Source: a virus
IMG/VR virus record: IMGVR_UViG_3300045988_080164
Location: 1-50,371 of that record
Strand: one strand, 5' to 3'
DNA length: 50,371 nucleotides
Part shown: positions 18,488-25,997 of the stretch, in pieces
Layout: every line of letters starts with the position of its first letter
Position numbering within the stretch: position 1 is the first letter of the stretch
Made by a program: the position numbers and the translations under genes
The notes under the pieces: generated by a model
Told to the model about the DNA's origin: nothing
Databases searched by the model: none
What the model saw: only the letters and a program-made list of their open reading frames with translations

Positions 18488-19837
18488 TTAAGCGGCTTTT
18501 GAATTTGTCTTGATATCTTTTATATCTGCCACTGTATATTTGTCTAATGCATATGCTAAGGAATCCAGACAATGCGCATCAATGTTGAATTTATCCCATA
18601 TTGGATTTCCTTTACTGTCCTTTGCATATGTTAGGTCTTTCAACTCACGTATTGCATTTTTGCATTTAGGTGAACACACAATCTTTTTAAATCTCTTTAT
18701 CTTCTTCACATTCTGTAGCTTACTACCTGCATACTTCTTACATTTATACATTTTGAATCCTTGTTGTCTATAATATTGTATAGACTTTGGCTCTGCACTG
18801 TCTGCAAATATAAGCTTGTTGCACATCTCTGCTCTTTCTTTCACTCTCTGTACATGTGGTAACTGTGCGAATCTATCATCTGTTATGTTATTCATATACA
18901 CTTCATCATAGATGTACAGTATCTTGTTTTTATCATCTACACAACAACTAATAAGTGCATTGTAACTTTCTTCAAATCCAAAATCCAGACCAAAGAAATG
19001 ATATTTTGATGATATGCTGTTCACTGTGTTCACAAATTGTTTTGCGCTCTTTGCTACTGTGAATTGTGGTAATACACGTTTTCCACTTGCTCCAAACCTT
19101 CCCCATCTTGCTACTGTGTATAGATATGGGTCATATGTTTTAAGTTCTTCCAGAGTTGTTATATAAGATACTGGTAAGAATGGGTTATCATCCGGCAAAC
19201 TGTGATGATAATAAACACCATTTACAACCATTGTCTTTTTCTTATAGAATCTTTTCTCATTGCATATTGTATGTTCCTTTCCCTTTTCATCTATATGAAC
19301 GAAAAATCTATCATACACCCAGTTTTCTTTTCCTACAGGGTTACATGATAAAATAAAATGTAATGTTACGTTAGGCTGTCTTACACGTCCTAACAACTCT
19401 TTGTATGCTTCATATTTCAACTCAGAACATTCTTCCATCCATACAATAGAAACACCATGAATTGATTTAATCTTCTCTGTATTGTCCATCCCTCTGAATA
19501 TAATACGTGAACCATTCGGAAAACGTATTTCCATTGGACTTTGTACTGCTATTATCTTTCCATCTTTGTTCTTGTTTCTGTTGTCTGTTGTTGCTGAAAG
19601 CATATCCATCTTTGTTAGTATTTCCTTAAACAAACTAAAACAACTCTCTTTAATTGTTGCCATAACATTTCTGACAACTAAAGCTGTTCTTTTCTCCTGC
19701 ATTAATTTTAATATTATCTTTAATGCAATATTGTAACTTTTTCCACTTCCATACCCACCAATAAGTAAGTATTGTTTGTAATCCCAATCTGTTAGAAACG
19801 AAGCAAATCTTTCAGAGACATCTATATTCATCTCCAT
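18488..19837 (-). CDS. terL: terminase large subunit
   Basis: 449 aa; Walker A LLIGGYGSGKSYN; PBSX-type TerL layout; AAGGAG SD and consensus promoter upstream. Confidence 0.9.
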   Translation of the reverse strand: MEMNIDVSERFASFLTDWDYKQYLLIGGYGSGKSYNIALKIILKLMQEKRTALVVRNVMATIKESCFSLFKEILTKMDMLSATTDNRNKNKDGKIIAVQSPMEIRFPNGSRIIFRGMDNTEKIKSIHGVSIVWMEECSELKYEAYKELLGRVRQPNVTLHFILSCNPVGKENWVYDRFFVHIDEKGKEHTICNEKRFYKKKTMVVNGVYYHHSLPDDNPFLPVSYITTLEELKTYDPYLYTVARWGRFGASGKRVLPQFTVAKSAKQFVNTVNSISSKYHFFGLDFGFEESYNALISCCVDDKNKILYIYDEVYMNNITDDRFAQLPHVQRVKERAEMCNKLIFADSAEPKSIQYYRQQGFKMYKCKKYAGSKLQNVKKIKRFKKIVCSPKCKNAIRELKDLTYAKDSKGNPIWDKFNIDAHCLDSLAYALDKYTVADIKDIKTNSKAA

Positions 19838-19859
19838 ATGATTTTCTCCTTTCTATTAC

Positions 19860-19888
19860 ATTGTAACATTATATTCTTTATTTGTCAA
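19860..19888 (-). promoter_or_regulatory. promoter TTGACA-N17-TACAAT with TGn extended -10
   Basis: Minus strand TTGACAaataaagaatataatgtTACAAT between tRNA-Met and terL. Confidence 0.7.
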
Positions 19889-19910
19889 TGTTTTATTTTA
19901 TTTATTTTAA

Positions 19911-19982
19911 TGGGTCATACAGGTATCGAACCTGTGACATTTCGCTTATGAGGCGAATGTTCTACCACTGAACTAATGACCC
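19911..19982 (-). tRNA. tRNA-Met: tRNA with CAT anticodon (elongator Met, or Ile2 if lysidine-modified)
   Basis: Hand-folded 72-nt cloverleaf: acceptor GGGTCAT/ATGACCC, D stem GTTC/GAAC, anticodon stem TTCGC/GCGAA with loop CTCATAA, T arm ACAGG-TTCGATA-CCTGT; no encoded CCA. Confidence 0.85.
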
Positions 19983-20088
19983 TTTGGTGACTTTCATATA
20001 ATGCACAAATACTACTTGTCACCTTGCCAAGCAACTTACACAACATAATGGTGAAACATTATTCAATCAATAATCAATATGTTGTGAA

Positions 20089-20160
20089 CTGCCCTAATTG
20101 GAATCGAACCAATATTACAAGAGTCAAATTCTTGTGTGCTAACCTTTACACTATAGAGCA
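20089..20160 (-). tRNA. tRNA-Gln: tRNA-Gln (anticodon TTG)
   Basis: Hand-folded 72-nt cloverleaf: acceptor TGCTCTA/TAGGGCA (U1-A72, as in bacterial tRNA-Gln), anticodon stem CAAGA/TCTTG with loop ATTTGAC, T arm ATTGG-TTCGATT-CCAAT. Confidence 0.8.
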
Positions 20161-20244
20161 TTGTTTTGGTGGCTACTTTATTCACCACCATGTACCGATT
20201 ATAAACAAGCGTGTGTTTTAACGACTTTAACACCTGTCAAATGT

Positions 20245-20460
20245 TTACCATAATCTACTTTTCAAACACTCAATAATATATTCTCCTAAGTTTCCTTTAT
20301 GTTCTTTCTGCTTTTCTTCATTTACAGAACTACCAACATAATACTTATCTGGATTGTATATATTTACAATGTTTATCTTTACATCTTTATGTCTTCTGTC
20401 ATAATTAAATCTTACCTCAATGTCGTTATGTTCTTTTAAAAACTCAATTAATTCTTCCAT
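20245..20460 (-). CDS. hypothetical protein, 71 aa
   Basis: ORF with AAAGGAA SD, downstream of the promoter at 20480..20508. Confidence 0.6.
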   Translation of the reverse strand: MEELIEFLKEHNDIEVRFNYDRRHKDVKINIVNIYNPDKYYVGSSVNEEKQKEHKGNLGEYIIECLKSRLW

Positions 20461-20479
20461 ACTGTTCCTTTCTGTTTAT

Positions 20480-20508
20480 ATATCAGCATATACTGTGTTA
20501 TTTGTCAA
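20480..20508 (-). promoter_or_regulatory. promoter TTGACA-N17-TGATAT
   Basis: Minus strand TTGACAaataacacagtatatgcTGATAT. Confidence 0.55.
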
Positions 20509-20529
20509 CGTGTTTTTGTAAATTCCTTT

Positions 20530-20688
20530 TTAATTATTCATGTTCATATTTTTGTCATTCATAACATAATCTGTAATAGGTTTTAGAAAATCACACATAT
20601 CAATATTGCATTCTAAGTCACTCCTACTACAAATATGTTCCCCAGAATCCATTTTACAAAACGGACATTCATCACGAAATACTGGCAT
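20530..20688 (-). CDS. small Cys-rich protein, 52 aa
   Basis: Hand-translated MPVFRDECPFCKMDSGEHICSRSDLECNIDMCDFLKPITDYVMNDKNMNMNN; ATG 1 nt after the upstream stop. Confidence 0.4.
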   Translation of the reverse strand: MPVFRDECPFCKMDSGEHICSRSDLECNIDMCDFLKPITDYVMNDKNMNMNN

Positions 20689-20689
20689 T

Positions 20690-21154
20690 TCATCTACAAT
20701 TATTTTCATATCCTTCCACTACCTCCAACTTCTTCAAGTCCTCGATAAGCCAAGGTTCTTTGTCTGACCATTTTACCATCGGTAAATTCAACTTAAAAAA
20801 TTCTAAGCTTTTGTTTGATTCAATCCCTCCGCTTTCCCAACAGTCAATAAGTTTATGTGGTTTAATGCAATAAATGAACAAAAAGCCATCCATATCCCTA
20901 GCTATATATTTTATTCCTTCACCAATACACTCCAAAAATGTTTTATCTTTCTTGCTTATCACTGGCTTTTCAATGCACTCTGATTCTGTCCACTCTCTTA
21001 CTTTTTCTTTGCAATTACCACCACAGAATAAACATTCAACACAAAAAGTGTCACAACACGATGCTATACTTCCACCTTCCTTGGTTACTGCAATACTATT
21101 TCCACTACAAGCAATCTCCATAATTTCTTTTGCATATCTTTCTTTGTTTTTCAT
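20690..21154 (-). CDS. Cys-rich hypothetical protein, 154 aa
   Basis: CSGNS..SCCDTFCVECLFCGGNC cluster; AAAGGAG SD. Confidence 0.65.
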   Translation of the reverse strand: MKNKERYAKEIMEIACSGNSIAVTKEGGSIASCCDTFCVECLFCGGNCKEKVREWTESECIEKPVISKKDKTFLECIGEGIKYIARDMDGFLFIYCIKPHKLIDCWESGGIESNKSLEFFKLNLPMVKWSDKEPWLIEDLKKLEVVEGYENNCR

Positions 21155-21217
21155 TTCTTACACTCCTTTGTTATTTTTCAATAGTTTAATATATAATTTG
21201 TTCGTCTTTTAAGAACT

Positions 21218-21346
21218 CTATGAAATCATCACTGAGTAACTGTAACCCATTCCAATCTGTAAAAGCATTAAGTAAATCCTCTGCGCTAATGTTGTTTGTT
21301 TCAATTGCTTCTAGCAATATATTATAATTATTCTGTGTATCATTCA
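21218..21346 (-). CDS. small ORF (42 aa as read); possibly the frame-disrupted 5' part of a ~53-aa gene ending at 21186
   Basis: ATG at 21346 with GAAGGAGAG SD; a start-less -1 frame continues NNISAEDLLNAFTDWNGLQLLSDDFIEFLKDEQIIY to the TAA at 21186..21188. Confidence 0.3.
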
Positions 21347-21392
21347 TGTTTTATCTCTCCTTCACTTACTGTTTGCTTCTTTAACTGTCTTT

Positions 21393-21420
21393 ATTATAAC
21401 ATATATCTTTGTTTTATCAA
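21393..21420 (-). promoter_or_regulatory. promoter TTGATA-N16-TATAAT with TGn
   Basis: Minus strand TTGATAaaacaaagatatatgtTATAAT. Confidence 0.55.
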
Positions 21421-21442
21421 TAATTATTTTAAGCTATTTTGT

Positions 21443-21595
21443 TTATTTCTTACACTTTACAACCTTTGCTTTTATATTTGGTGTCAAAAATTTTTTAAAA
21501 TCCTCAATCCACTCACATGCATCTTTCTTGTTCTTAAATTTTACAGTTTCAACATTTGCTTTTACTTTCCCATTATTTAATTCTATTGTATACAT
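21443..21595 (-). CDS. hypothetical protein, 50 aa
   Basis: Hand-translated MYTIELNNGKVKANVETVKFKNKKDACEWIEDFKKFLTPNIKAKVVKCKK; AAAGGAG SD. Confidence 0.5.
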   Translation of the reverse strand: MYTIELNNGKVKANVETVKFKNKKDACEWIEDFKKFLTPNIKAKVVKCKK

Positions 21596-21641
21596 ATTAT
21601 TCTCCTTTTCTGTTTTGTTTGTTCTCTCTTAACTTGTCTTT

Positions 21642-21670
21642 ATTATACTATACTTTTATAAGTATGTCAA
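21642..21670 (-). promoter_or_regulatory. promoter, perfect TTGACA-N17-TATAAT
   Basis: Minus strand TTGACAtacttataaaagtatagTATAAT. Confidence 0.75.
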
Positions 21671-21678
21671 GACTTATT

Positions 21679-21912
21679 TTAAATTTCATCTCTGATATTA
21701 TATAAGTCCTCATTTGTTCCATCATATTCATTTCTATATACTGTTACAAAGCTGTCTGTGTTAATTCCTTTTTCCTTTAATGCTTTGTAAGCTTTATTAC
21801 ATGCGCTAAGACTTGTTAAATTACTTATGATTACAACATCTGTTTCCTTCCTGTTGTAGTTCTTAATGATTGAATAATAATGTTTGTTTCTGTATGATTT
21901 CATATCCTTCAT
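21679..21912 (-). CDS. hypothetical protein, 77 aa
   Basis: ORF with GGAAGGAG SD. Confidence 0.65.
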   Translation of the reverse strand: MKDMKSYRNKHYYSIIKNYNRKETDVVIISNLTSLSACNKAYKALKEKGINTDSFVTVYRNEYDGTNEDLYNIRDEI

Positions 21913-21960
21913 TTTTGTTTTCTCCTTCCTTAACTGTGTTCCCTTGTTCTTTATGTTTAT

Positions 21961-21989
21961 ATTATAACATATGTTCTTTTATAATGCAA
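21961..21989 (-). promoter_or_regulatory. promoter TTGCAT-N17-TATAAT with TGn
   Basis: Minus strand TTGCATtataaaagaacatatgtTATAAT. Confidence 0.55.
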
Positions 21990-22010
21990 GTATTTATTTA
22001 TAATTTATTA

Positions 22011-22041
22011 TATAAAAATAAGCACGTATATTTCAACGTGC
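22011..22041 (-). terminator. intrinsic terminator after the methyltransferase gene
   Basis: GCACG-UUGAAAUAUA-CGUGC followed by UUAUUUUUAU, starting at the stop codon of 22042..22731. Confidence 0.5.
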
Positions 22042-22731
22042 CTAAATCTTACCTATCTGCAATAATTTACTTTCTATCCTTTTTGTTCCTTGTTTAAAGT
22101 ATTCTTCATCTTCCTCGATACATATGTATTTCCTATCTTCTTCAATACAAGCAACTGCATTAACAAAACTCCCGGCAAAACAATCAAGAACTATGCTTTT
22201 TCTATCACTCCATTTTCTAATAATGAATCTGTACAAATCAATTGGTTTTTCTGTTGGATGTCTCATTTGTTCTGAGGGTACTTTGTTAATTCTAATAACA
22301 CTTCCGCACCTTTTCCCTCTTATTTTCGTATTTCCTTTCTCGCAAACTATACACATCTCATAATCTGTTGACAGCACATTAAGATTTTCCATGCTACCAC
22401 CGGATTTATACCATATAAGAACATTTATAATATTATAAATTTCTTTTAAACAATTATAATCTTCTGAGAAGTTCTTCCACGAACAAAAGAAACAAGCAAT
22501 ACTGTTTTCTTTCATCACTCTTTTTAATTCACGATATACACTAAAACGAAAGTTACAATCGTCATTTAGTATTCTTTTCTTCCTATGCGTATTATGATTA
22601 CTTTGATATGAAATACCATATGGAGGGTCTGTTACTACCATATCCACATAATTAATTGGCATCTTTTTTATAACATTCAAGCAATCATCATTTATAGATA
22701 TGCCAAAATCTGTTTTTATTTTATCTTGCAT
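22042..22731 (-). CDS. DNA methyltransferase (beta-class N6-adenine / N4-cytosine)
   Basis: Catalytic VVTDPPYG near the N-terminus and SAM motif VLDCFAGSF near the C-terminus. Confidence 0.85.
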   Translation of the reverse strand: MQDKIKTDFGISINDDCLNVIKKMPINYVDMVVTDPPYGISYQSNHNTHRKKRILNDDCNFRFSVYRELKRVMKENSIACFFCSWKNFSEDYNCLKEIYNIINVLIWYKSGGSMENLNVLSTDYEMCIVCEKGNTKIRGKRCGSVIRINKVPSEQMRHPTEKPIDLYRFIIRKWSDRKSIVLDCFAGSFVNAVACIEEDRKYICIEEDEEYFKQGTKRIESKLLQIGKI

Positions 22732-23240
22732 ATGTACCCCTCTGAACTTAATTTCTTATAAAGTTTTTCTGCGGCTTTTTTGTTTTCAAACTCCACAATC
22801 ACTTTGTATATTTTTCTTTTTTCAAATTCAACTTTTTCTACTTCTTCTTGCTCCATCTCGCTTTCATCAAAACCAAACATACTCATATCCATGTCTATAG
22901 ATTCTCCAAGTATTCCAAGTTCTTCGTCAAGTAAATCATAATCCCATTCACTTTCATTCAGTTTGTTATCTACCAACCTATATGCTTTTATTTGTTCTTC
23001 TGTGAGTTCTTCCAAACATACTGTAGGTACTTGTTTTAGTCCTGCTTTCTTTGCTCCTAGTATTCTTCCATGTCCTGCTACTACTTCATTGTTTTTATCT
23101 ATTATTACTGGCTGTGTAAAACCAAACTCTTTAATACTATTTGCTATCTGTTCTACTTGTTCTTTGTTATGTTTCTTTGCATTCTTTTTATAAGGTTTTA
23201 AATCCCTTATGTTCATATATTTTATATTTAATTCCTGCAT
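22716..23240 (-). CDS. ParB-like nuclease domain protein
   Basis: IRDLKPYKKNAKKHNKEQVEQIANSIKEFGFTQPVII..VVAGHGRILGAKKAG matches the ParB N-terminal domain; start uncertain (ATG 23240 versus GTG 23327 inside the upstream gene). Confidence 0.65.
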   Translation of the reverse strand: MQELNIKYMNIRDLKPYKKNAKKHNKEQVEQIANSIKEFGFTQPVIIDKNNEVVAGHGRILGAKKAGLKQVPTVCLEELTEEQIKAYRLVDNKLNESEWDYDLLDEELGILGESIDMDMSMFGFDESEMEQEEVEKVEFEKRKIYKVIVEFENKKAAEKLYKKLSSEGYICKIK

Positions 23241-23316
23241 TGTTTTGTTATTGTTTCTCCTTTCTTTGTTTTGTTCTTTATGTACTATGTTATTTATGCT
23301 ACTTTTTAGATACTTT

Positions 23317-23508
23317 TTATAATGCACCTATAATGTGTAACAATGAAAATGTAAATCCTGCTGTTGATGTTAACCATGCATATAACATTGCGTCATCTGG
23401 TTCATTTATAATCTTTGCAATAAAACATCCTAACAATATTGATGCAACAGCTACACACACATATGTTCCCATACATAAAAATGCATATTGTATTGGTTCT
23501 TTTATCAT
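23317..23508 (-). CDS. small membrane protein (two TM helices)
   Basis: 63 aa, hydrophobic (YVCVAVASILLGCFIA; AWLTSTAGFTFSLLHIIGAL); TAATG coupling. Confidence 0.55.
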   Translation of the reverse strand: MIKEPIQYAFLCMGTYVCVAVASILLGCFIAKIINEPDDAMLYAWLTSTAGFTFSLLHIIGAL

Positions 23509-23819
23509 TATTTGTTCTCCATACGCTTCTTTGTCCTTGTTACTTTTACACTTTTAATTCCTTCTATTTCCATCTCAGAAATACTTAATAACTTCTTTAT
23601 TTGTAACAAACATATTTCTACATCTGCTATTTCTTCTGTTACCATATTCCTTGCTTTTAATTCATCCACAGAACATGTTTTGTCTTTTTGTACTACTGTT
23701 CTTCTGTACTTACTTAATGCCTGTATAAGTTCTGCACATTCTTCTTGTGTTTGGTTTATTCTGTTTTCAATTCCAAACTTCTTTGCCTGCTTTATGATAT
23801 CCCTTTTGTACATATCCAT
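23508..23819 (-). CDS. MazG-like nucleotide pyrophosphohydrolase
   Basis: 103 aa; QEECAELIQAL and EEIADVEICLLQI pair typical of small all-alpha MazG proteins. Confidence 0.6.
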   Translation of the reverse strand: MDMYKRDIIKQAKKFGIENRINQTQEECAELIQALSKYRRTVVQKDKTCSVDELKARNMVTEEIADVEICLLQIKKLLSISEMEIEGIKSVKVTRTKKRMENK

Positions 23820-23831
23820 TATTTATTCTCC

Positions 23832-24047
23832 TTACCATAAAACTTTCTTTTTGTTCTGCCTTTTCTTTGCTCCCTTTATGTATTTGTTGCATTCTGATAC
23901 TTTGCATCTTCTTAGTTCACCTACTATAAGAAAATAGTTACATTTATTCTTTAACTCATTTCCTTTTACTGGTGCTCTGTAACAGCATGTTTTACACAAA
24001 TGTCTGTCTGCATTAAATCCTTGTTCTATATTTCCTTTGTTTTCCAT
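23832..24047 (-). CDS. Cys-rich hypothetical protein, 71 aa
   Basis: CKTCCYR..(14)..CNY..(10)..CKVSEC; CAGGAG SD; consensus promoter upstream. Confidence 0.6.
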   Translation of the reverse strand: MENKGNIEQGFNADRHLCKTCCYRAPVKGNELKNKCNYFLIVGELRRCKVSECNKYIKGAKKRQNKKKVLW

Positions 24048-24071
24048 CTGTACTCCTGTTTTATATAATAT

Positions 24072-24100
24072 ATTATAATACTTTACATTATGTTTGTCAA
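24072..24100 (-). promoter_or_regulatory. promoter, perfect TTGACA-N17-TATAAT
   Basis: Minus strand TTGACAaacataatgtaaagtatTATAAT. Confidence 0.75.
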
Positions 24101-24105
24101 GCTTT

Positions 24106-24300
24106 TTATGAAAATATTTTTTGTTTTTCTAATGTTTCTTTTAACCATTCATCTGCTGACATACTCCTGTAAGGCTTTATATTGCGATTTAAGCCATTTT
24201 CCTTATTATCCCCTAAATTCCCTAATGCGTGTTCCTTATAGGCTTCTATTGTGCTCTTAAATGCTTCATGGGTTATATACATCATCTTCGCCCCAATCAT
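24106..24300 (-). CDS. hypothetical protein, 64 aa (start uncertain)
   Basis: ORF overlaps the upstream gene by 35 nt; no clear SD. Confidence 0.45.
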   Translation of the reverse strand: MIGAKMMYITHEAFKSTIEAYKEHALGNLGDNKENGLNRNIKPYRSMSADEWLKETLEKQKIFS

Positions 24301-24778
24301 CTAATTCGTCTTGTTCTTCCCAAACTTCATCATCTTCATTCCAGATATCTTGTTCTTCTGTTTCAATGTTTGATTCAATATGTGTTTTACCTTGTGGTAC
24401 AAGATTAATAGTAATGTTCTGCCCTGCAATTTCTTTTCCGCTTTCTACTGCATCAAGTTTGTCCTGCATATCTACAACTTCCCTAATTGCATTTACATCC
24501 CCAGTAAGTCCTTTTTTAAACAATGCAACCATAAGAGCCATTTCATTTGTTAATTCCCCTGTGAATCCTAATTCTTCTAACAATGCTTTTATTTTCCTGT
24601 TAGATACACGCATACTTAGTAATTCTCGCATTGTTTTTTGTGCCTGCATTTGTTCACGCTTTTTGTTCTTCCTTGCTTCTACACCCATCTGCGATATACG
24701 TTTTCTTTCTTCTTCCGAACGTTCATTTAGTGGTATAAGATTCTTTTTTTGTTTTTCTGTAACGTTTCTTTTTGCCAT
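24266..24778 (-). CDS. hypothetical basic-N / acidic-C protein; possible small terminase or DNA-binding protein, unproven
   Basis: 170 aa; KKNLIPLNERSEEERKRISQMGVEARKNKKRE basic region and an acidic DDWGEDD tail; lies 4.4 kb upstream of terL, so the TerS call is weak. Confidence 0.35.
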   Translation of the reverse strand: MAKRNVTEKQKKNLIPLNERSEEERKRISQMGVEARKNKKREQMQAQKTMRELLSMRVSNRKIKALLEELGFTGELTNEMALMVALFKKGLTGDVNAIREVVDMQDKLDAVESGKEIAGQNITINLVPQGKTHIESNIETEEQDIWNEDDEVWEEQDELDDWGEDDVYNP

Positions 24779-24810
24779 CTATGTTTATTTGCTCCTTTCA
24801 TTTTCTGTAT

Positions 24811-24850
24811 AATATTAAAATGGGACAGGATGTTTTATTCACCCTGCCCA
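24811..24850 (-). terminator. intrinsic terminator about 30 nt upstream of the SD of 24266..24778
   Basis: GGGCAGGGUG-AAUAAAA-CAUCCUGUCCC (10-bp stem, one bulged U, one G-U pair) followed by AUUUUAAUAUUAU. Confidence 0.7.
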
Positions 24851-25052
24851 TATATAAACAATGTCGATAATTACTACAAAGGTTTTTAGGTTAAAAATAA
24901 ATCAGTGTGTTACTATTTTTCCTTTACCTCCTTTGCTTTTATTGGTATTTGAGGGGAAACGGGATATCAACATTGTTTACTTCATATTACGGGCAGACAT
25001 TTTAATAGGCTGTCACTTTCGTATACCCAATCCGAGGTATTCTCCCTTTCTA
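24851..25052 (-). promoter_or_regulatory. about 200-nt untranslated leader between promoter and terminator (candidate attenuator or small RNA)
   Basis: No credible minus-strand ORF or SD-plus-ATG pair; bounded by the promoter at 25059..25087 and the terminator at 24811..24850. Confidence 0.35.
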
Positions 25053-25058
25053 TAATCT

Positions 25059-25087
25059 ATATTATCACATTTTATATGTGTTGTCAA
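25059..25087 (-). promoter_or_regulatory. promoter TTGACA-N17-TAATAT with TGn extended -10
   Basis: Minus strand TTGACAacacatataaaatgtgaTAATAT; the -35 box overlaps the TGA stop of 25084..25248. Confidence 0.7.
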
Positions 25088-25248
25088 TACTTATTTGCTC
25101 TAAATTTCAAACTTTGGTCAACTACTGCTTTCTTACGTTCTTCATTTTCATATCTGCACTCTGCTTTAAACTCTGAATATTTTTTACATACAGAATGGCA
25201 CTCTATTGTTCTTTCCTTGCAATTCATACAAGGTGATTTATTCGGCAT
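25084..25248 (-). CDS. small Cys-rich protein, 54 aa
   Basis: Codon-by-codon translation MPNKSPCMNCKERTIECHSVCKKYSEFKAECRYENEERKKAVVDQSLKFRANKY; overlaps the upstream stop by 11 nt. Confidence 0.5.
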   Translation of the reverse strand: MPNKSPCMNCKERTIECHSVCKKYSEFKAECRYENEERKKAVVDQSLKFRANKY

Positions 25249-25621
25249 ATTTTACCAGTCCTTTTAGATATAAATAGTCCTCTAATTCATTTGTATAAAT
25301 TAATAGTTCCGCTAAATCTGATTCGTCTTTTAACATTACCATTCCGTCTTCCATTTTTGTGAACCTTTTTATTGGTACTGGCATACCTCTTGTACTTACA
25401 CTATTTAATAATCTATGTACTTCCTTCAAATAATGTATCAGAAATACAAAAATCATACAAAATATAATGTCTACTTTAATCCCCATATTCGCCCATATAA
25501 GCAATAATGGAAATATAAGTTCCAATAATATAGCTATAGCATTTAAGTTCCTTTTAATACCATTACAGAACGTTCTAGCCATATTCAATGGAGTTGTTGC
25601 TAATACCTTTAACACCTGCAC
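25238..25621 (-). CDS. membrane protein, 127 aa
   Basis: Hydrophobic stretch AIAILLELIFPLLLIWANMGIKVDIIFCMIFVFLIHYL; GTG start after GGAAG. Confidence 0.6.
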   Translation of the reverse strand: MQVLKVLATTPLNMARTFCNGIKRNLNAIAILLELIFPLLLIWANMGIKVDIIFCMIFVFLIHYLKEVHRLLNSVSTRGMPVPIKRFTKMEDGMVMLKDESDLAELLIYTNELEDYLYLKGLVKYAE

Positions 25622-25992
25622 TATAATACACTTCCTTTCAATCCTTCTTTTAATGCTTTCAGTTTTGTTTTAATGCGTTCCCTATATGGTTGCATCTTAC
25701 AAGTTTCACACATGTATTTATTCTGTGACATAAAGAACGCACCTGTCACTTCTTGGCATATGTTGCAATGTTTTGTTTTTATCTCTTCTTCGTCAGTATA
25801 TACATACATTACAAGTTTTACTTTTTTTGTTCCGATTCCTGTTTTATCAAGCTTCTCAAATCTGTATGTAATATTTTTGCTGTTGTTTATTGCTATTACA
25901 TTTGTGCTTAACCATTTACAGGCATTAAGATAAGCTTCTTTTGTTGTACCACCGATGAACTCTTTTTCTTTTATTTTCTCACATATAATCAT
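25621..25992 (-). CDS. hypothetical protein with a C-terminal CxxC pair
   Basis: CNIC..(19)..CETC; ATG at 25992 is 8 nt after GGAG (the track GTG at 26001 abuts the SD). Confidence 0.6.
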   Translation of the reverse strand: MIICEKIKEKEFIGGTTKEAYLNACKWLSTNVIAINNSKNITYRFEKLDKTGIGTKKVKLVMYVYTDEEEIKTKHCNICQEVTGAFFMSQNKYMCETCKMQPYRERIKTKLKALKEGLKGSVL

Positions 25993-25997
25993 CTTAT

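Noticed and set aside
19983-20088. A third tRNA or tRNA-like gene in the spacer between the two tRNAs
   Set aside because: It contains inverted repeats, but there is no T-loop (GTTCGA/TTCGA context) and no 7-bp acceptor pairing.
19911-20160. Stop-codon reassignment or a suppressor tRNA, prompted by the in-frame TAA and the split genes
   Set aside because: The two tRNAs have CAT and TTG anticodons, not TTA, CTA or TCA. Long genes (tape measure 1082 aa, dnaE 907 aa) are intact under the standard code and all three stop codons terminate genes.
20161-20244. A promoter for the tRNA pair (TTGACA at about 20226 and TATAAT at about 20200)
   Set aside because: The two hexamers are not paired at 16-18 bp spacing with partners, so no convincing promoter could be assembled.
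24266-24778. A firm call of this gene as the small terminase subunit
   Set aside because: Its basic N-terminus and size are compatible. However, it lies 4.4 kb and about 12 genes upstream of terL, in a different transcription unit, and I recognise no diagnostic motif. It is kept only as a low-confidence possibility.
24861-25055. The 64-aa plus-strand ORF and short minus-strand ORFs (7 and 23 codons) in the 24.8-25.1 kb leader
   Set aside because: The plus-strand ORF has no promoter or SD. The minus-strand mini-ORFs lack SD sequences, and the AGGAGG present in the leader is not followed by a start codon.
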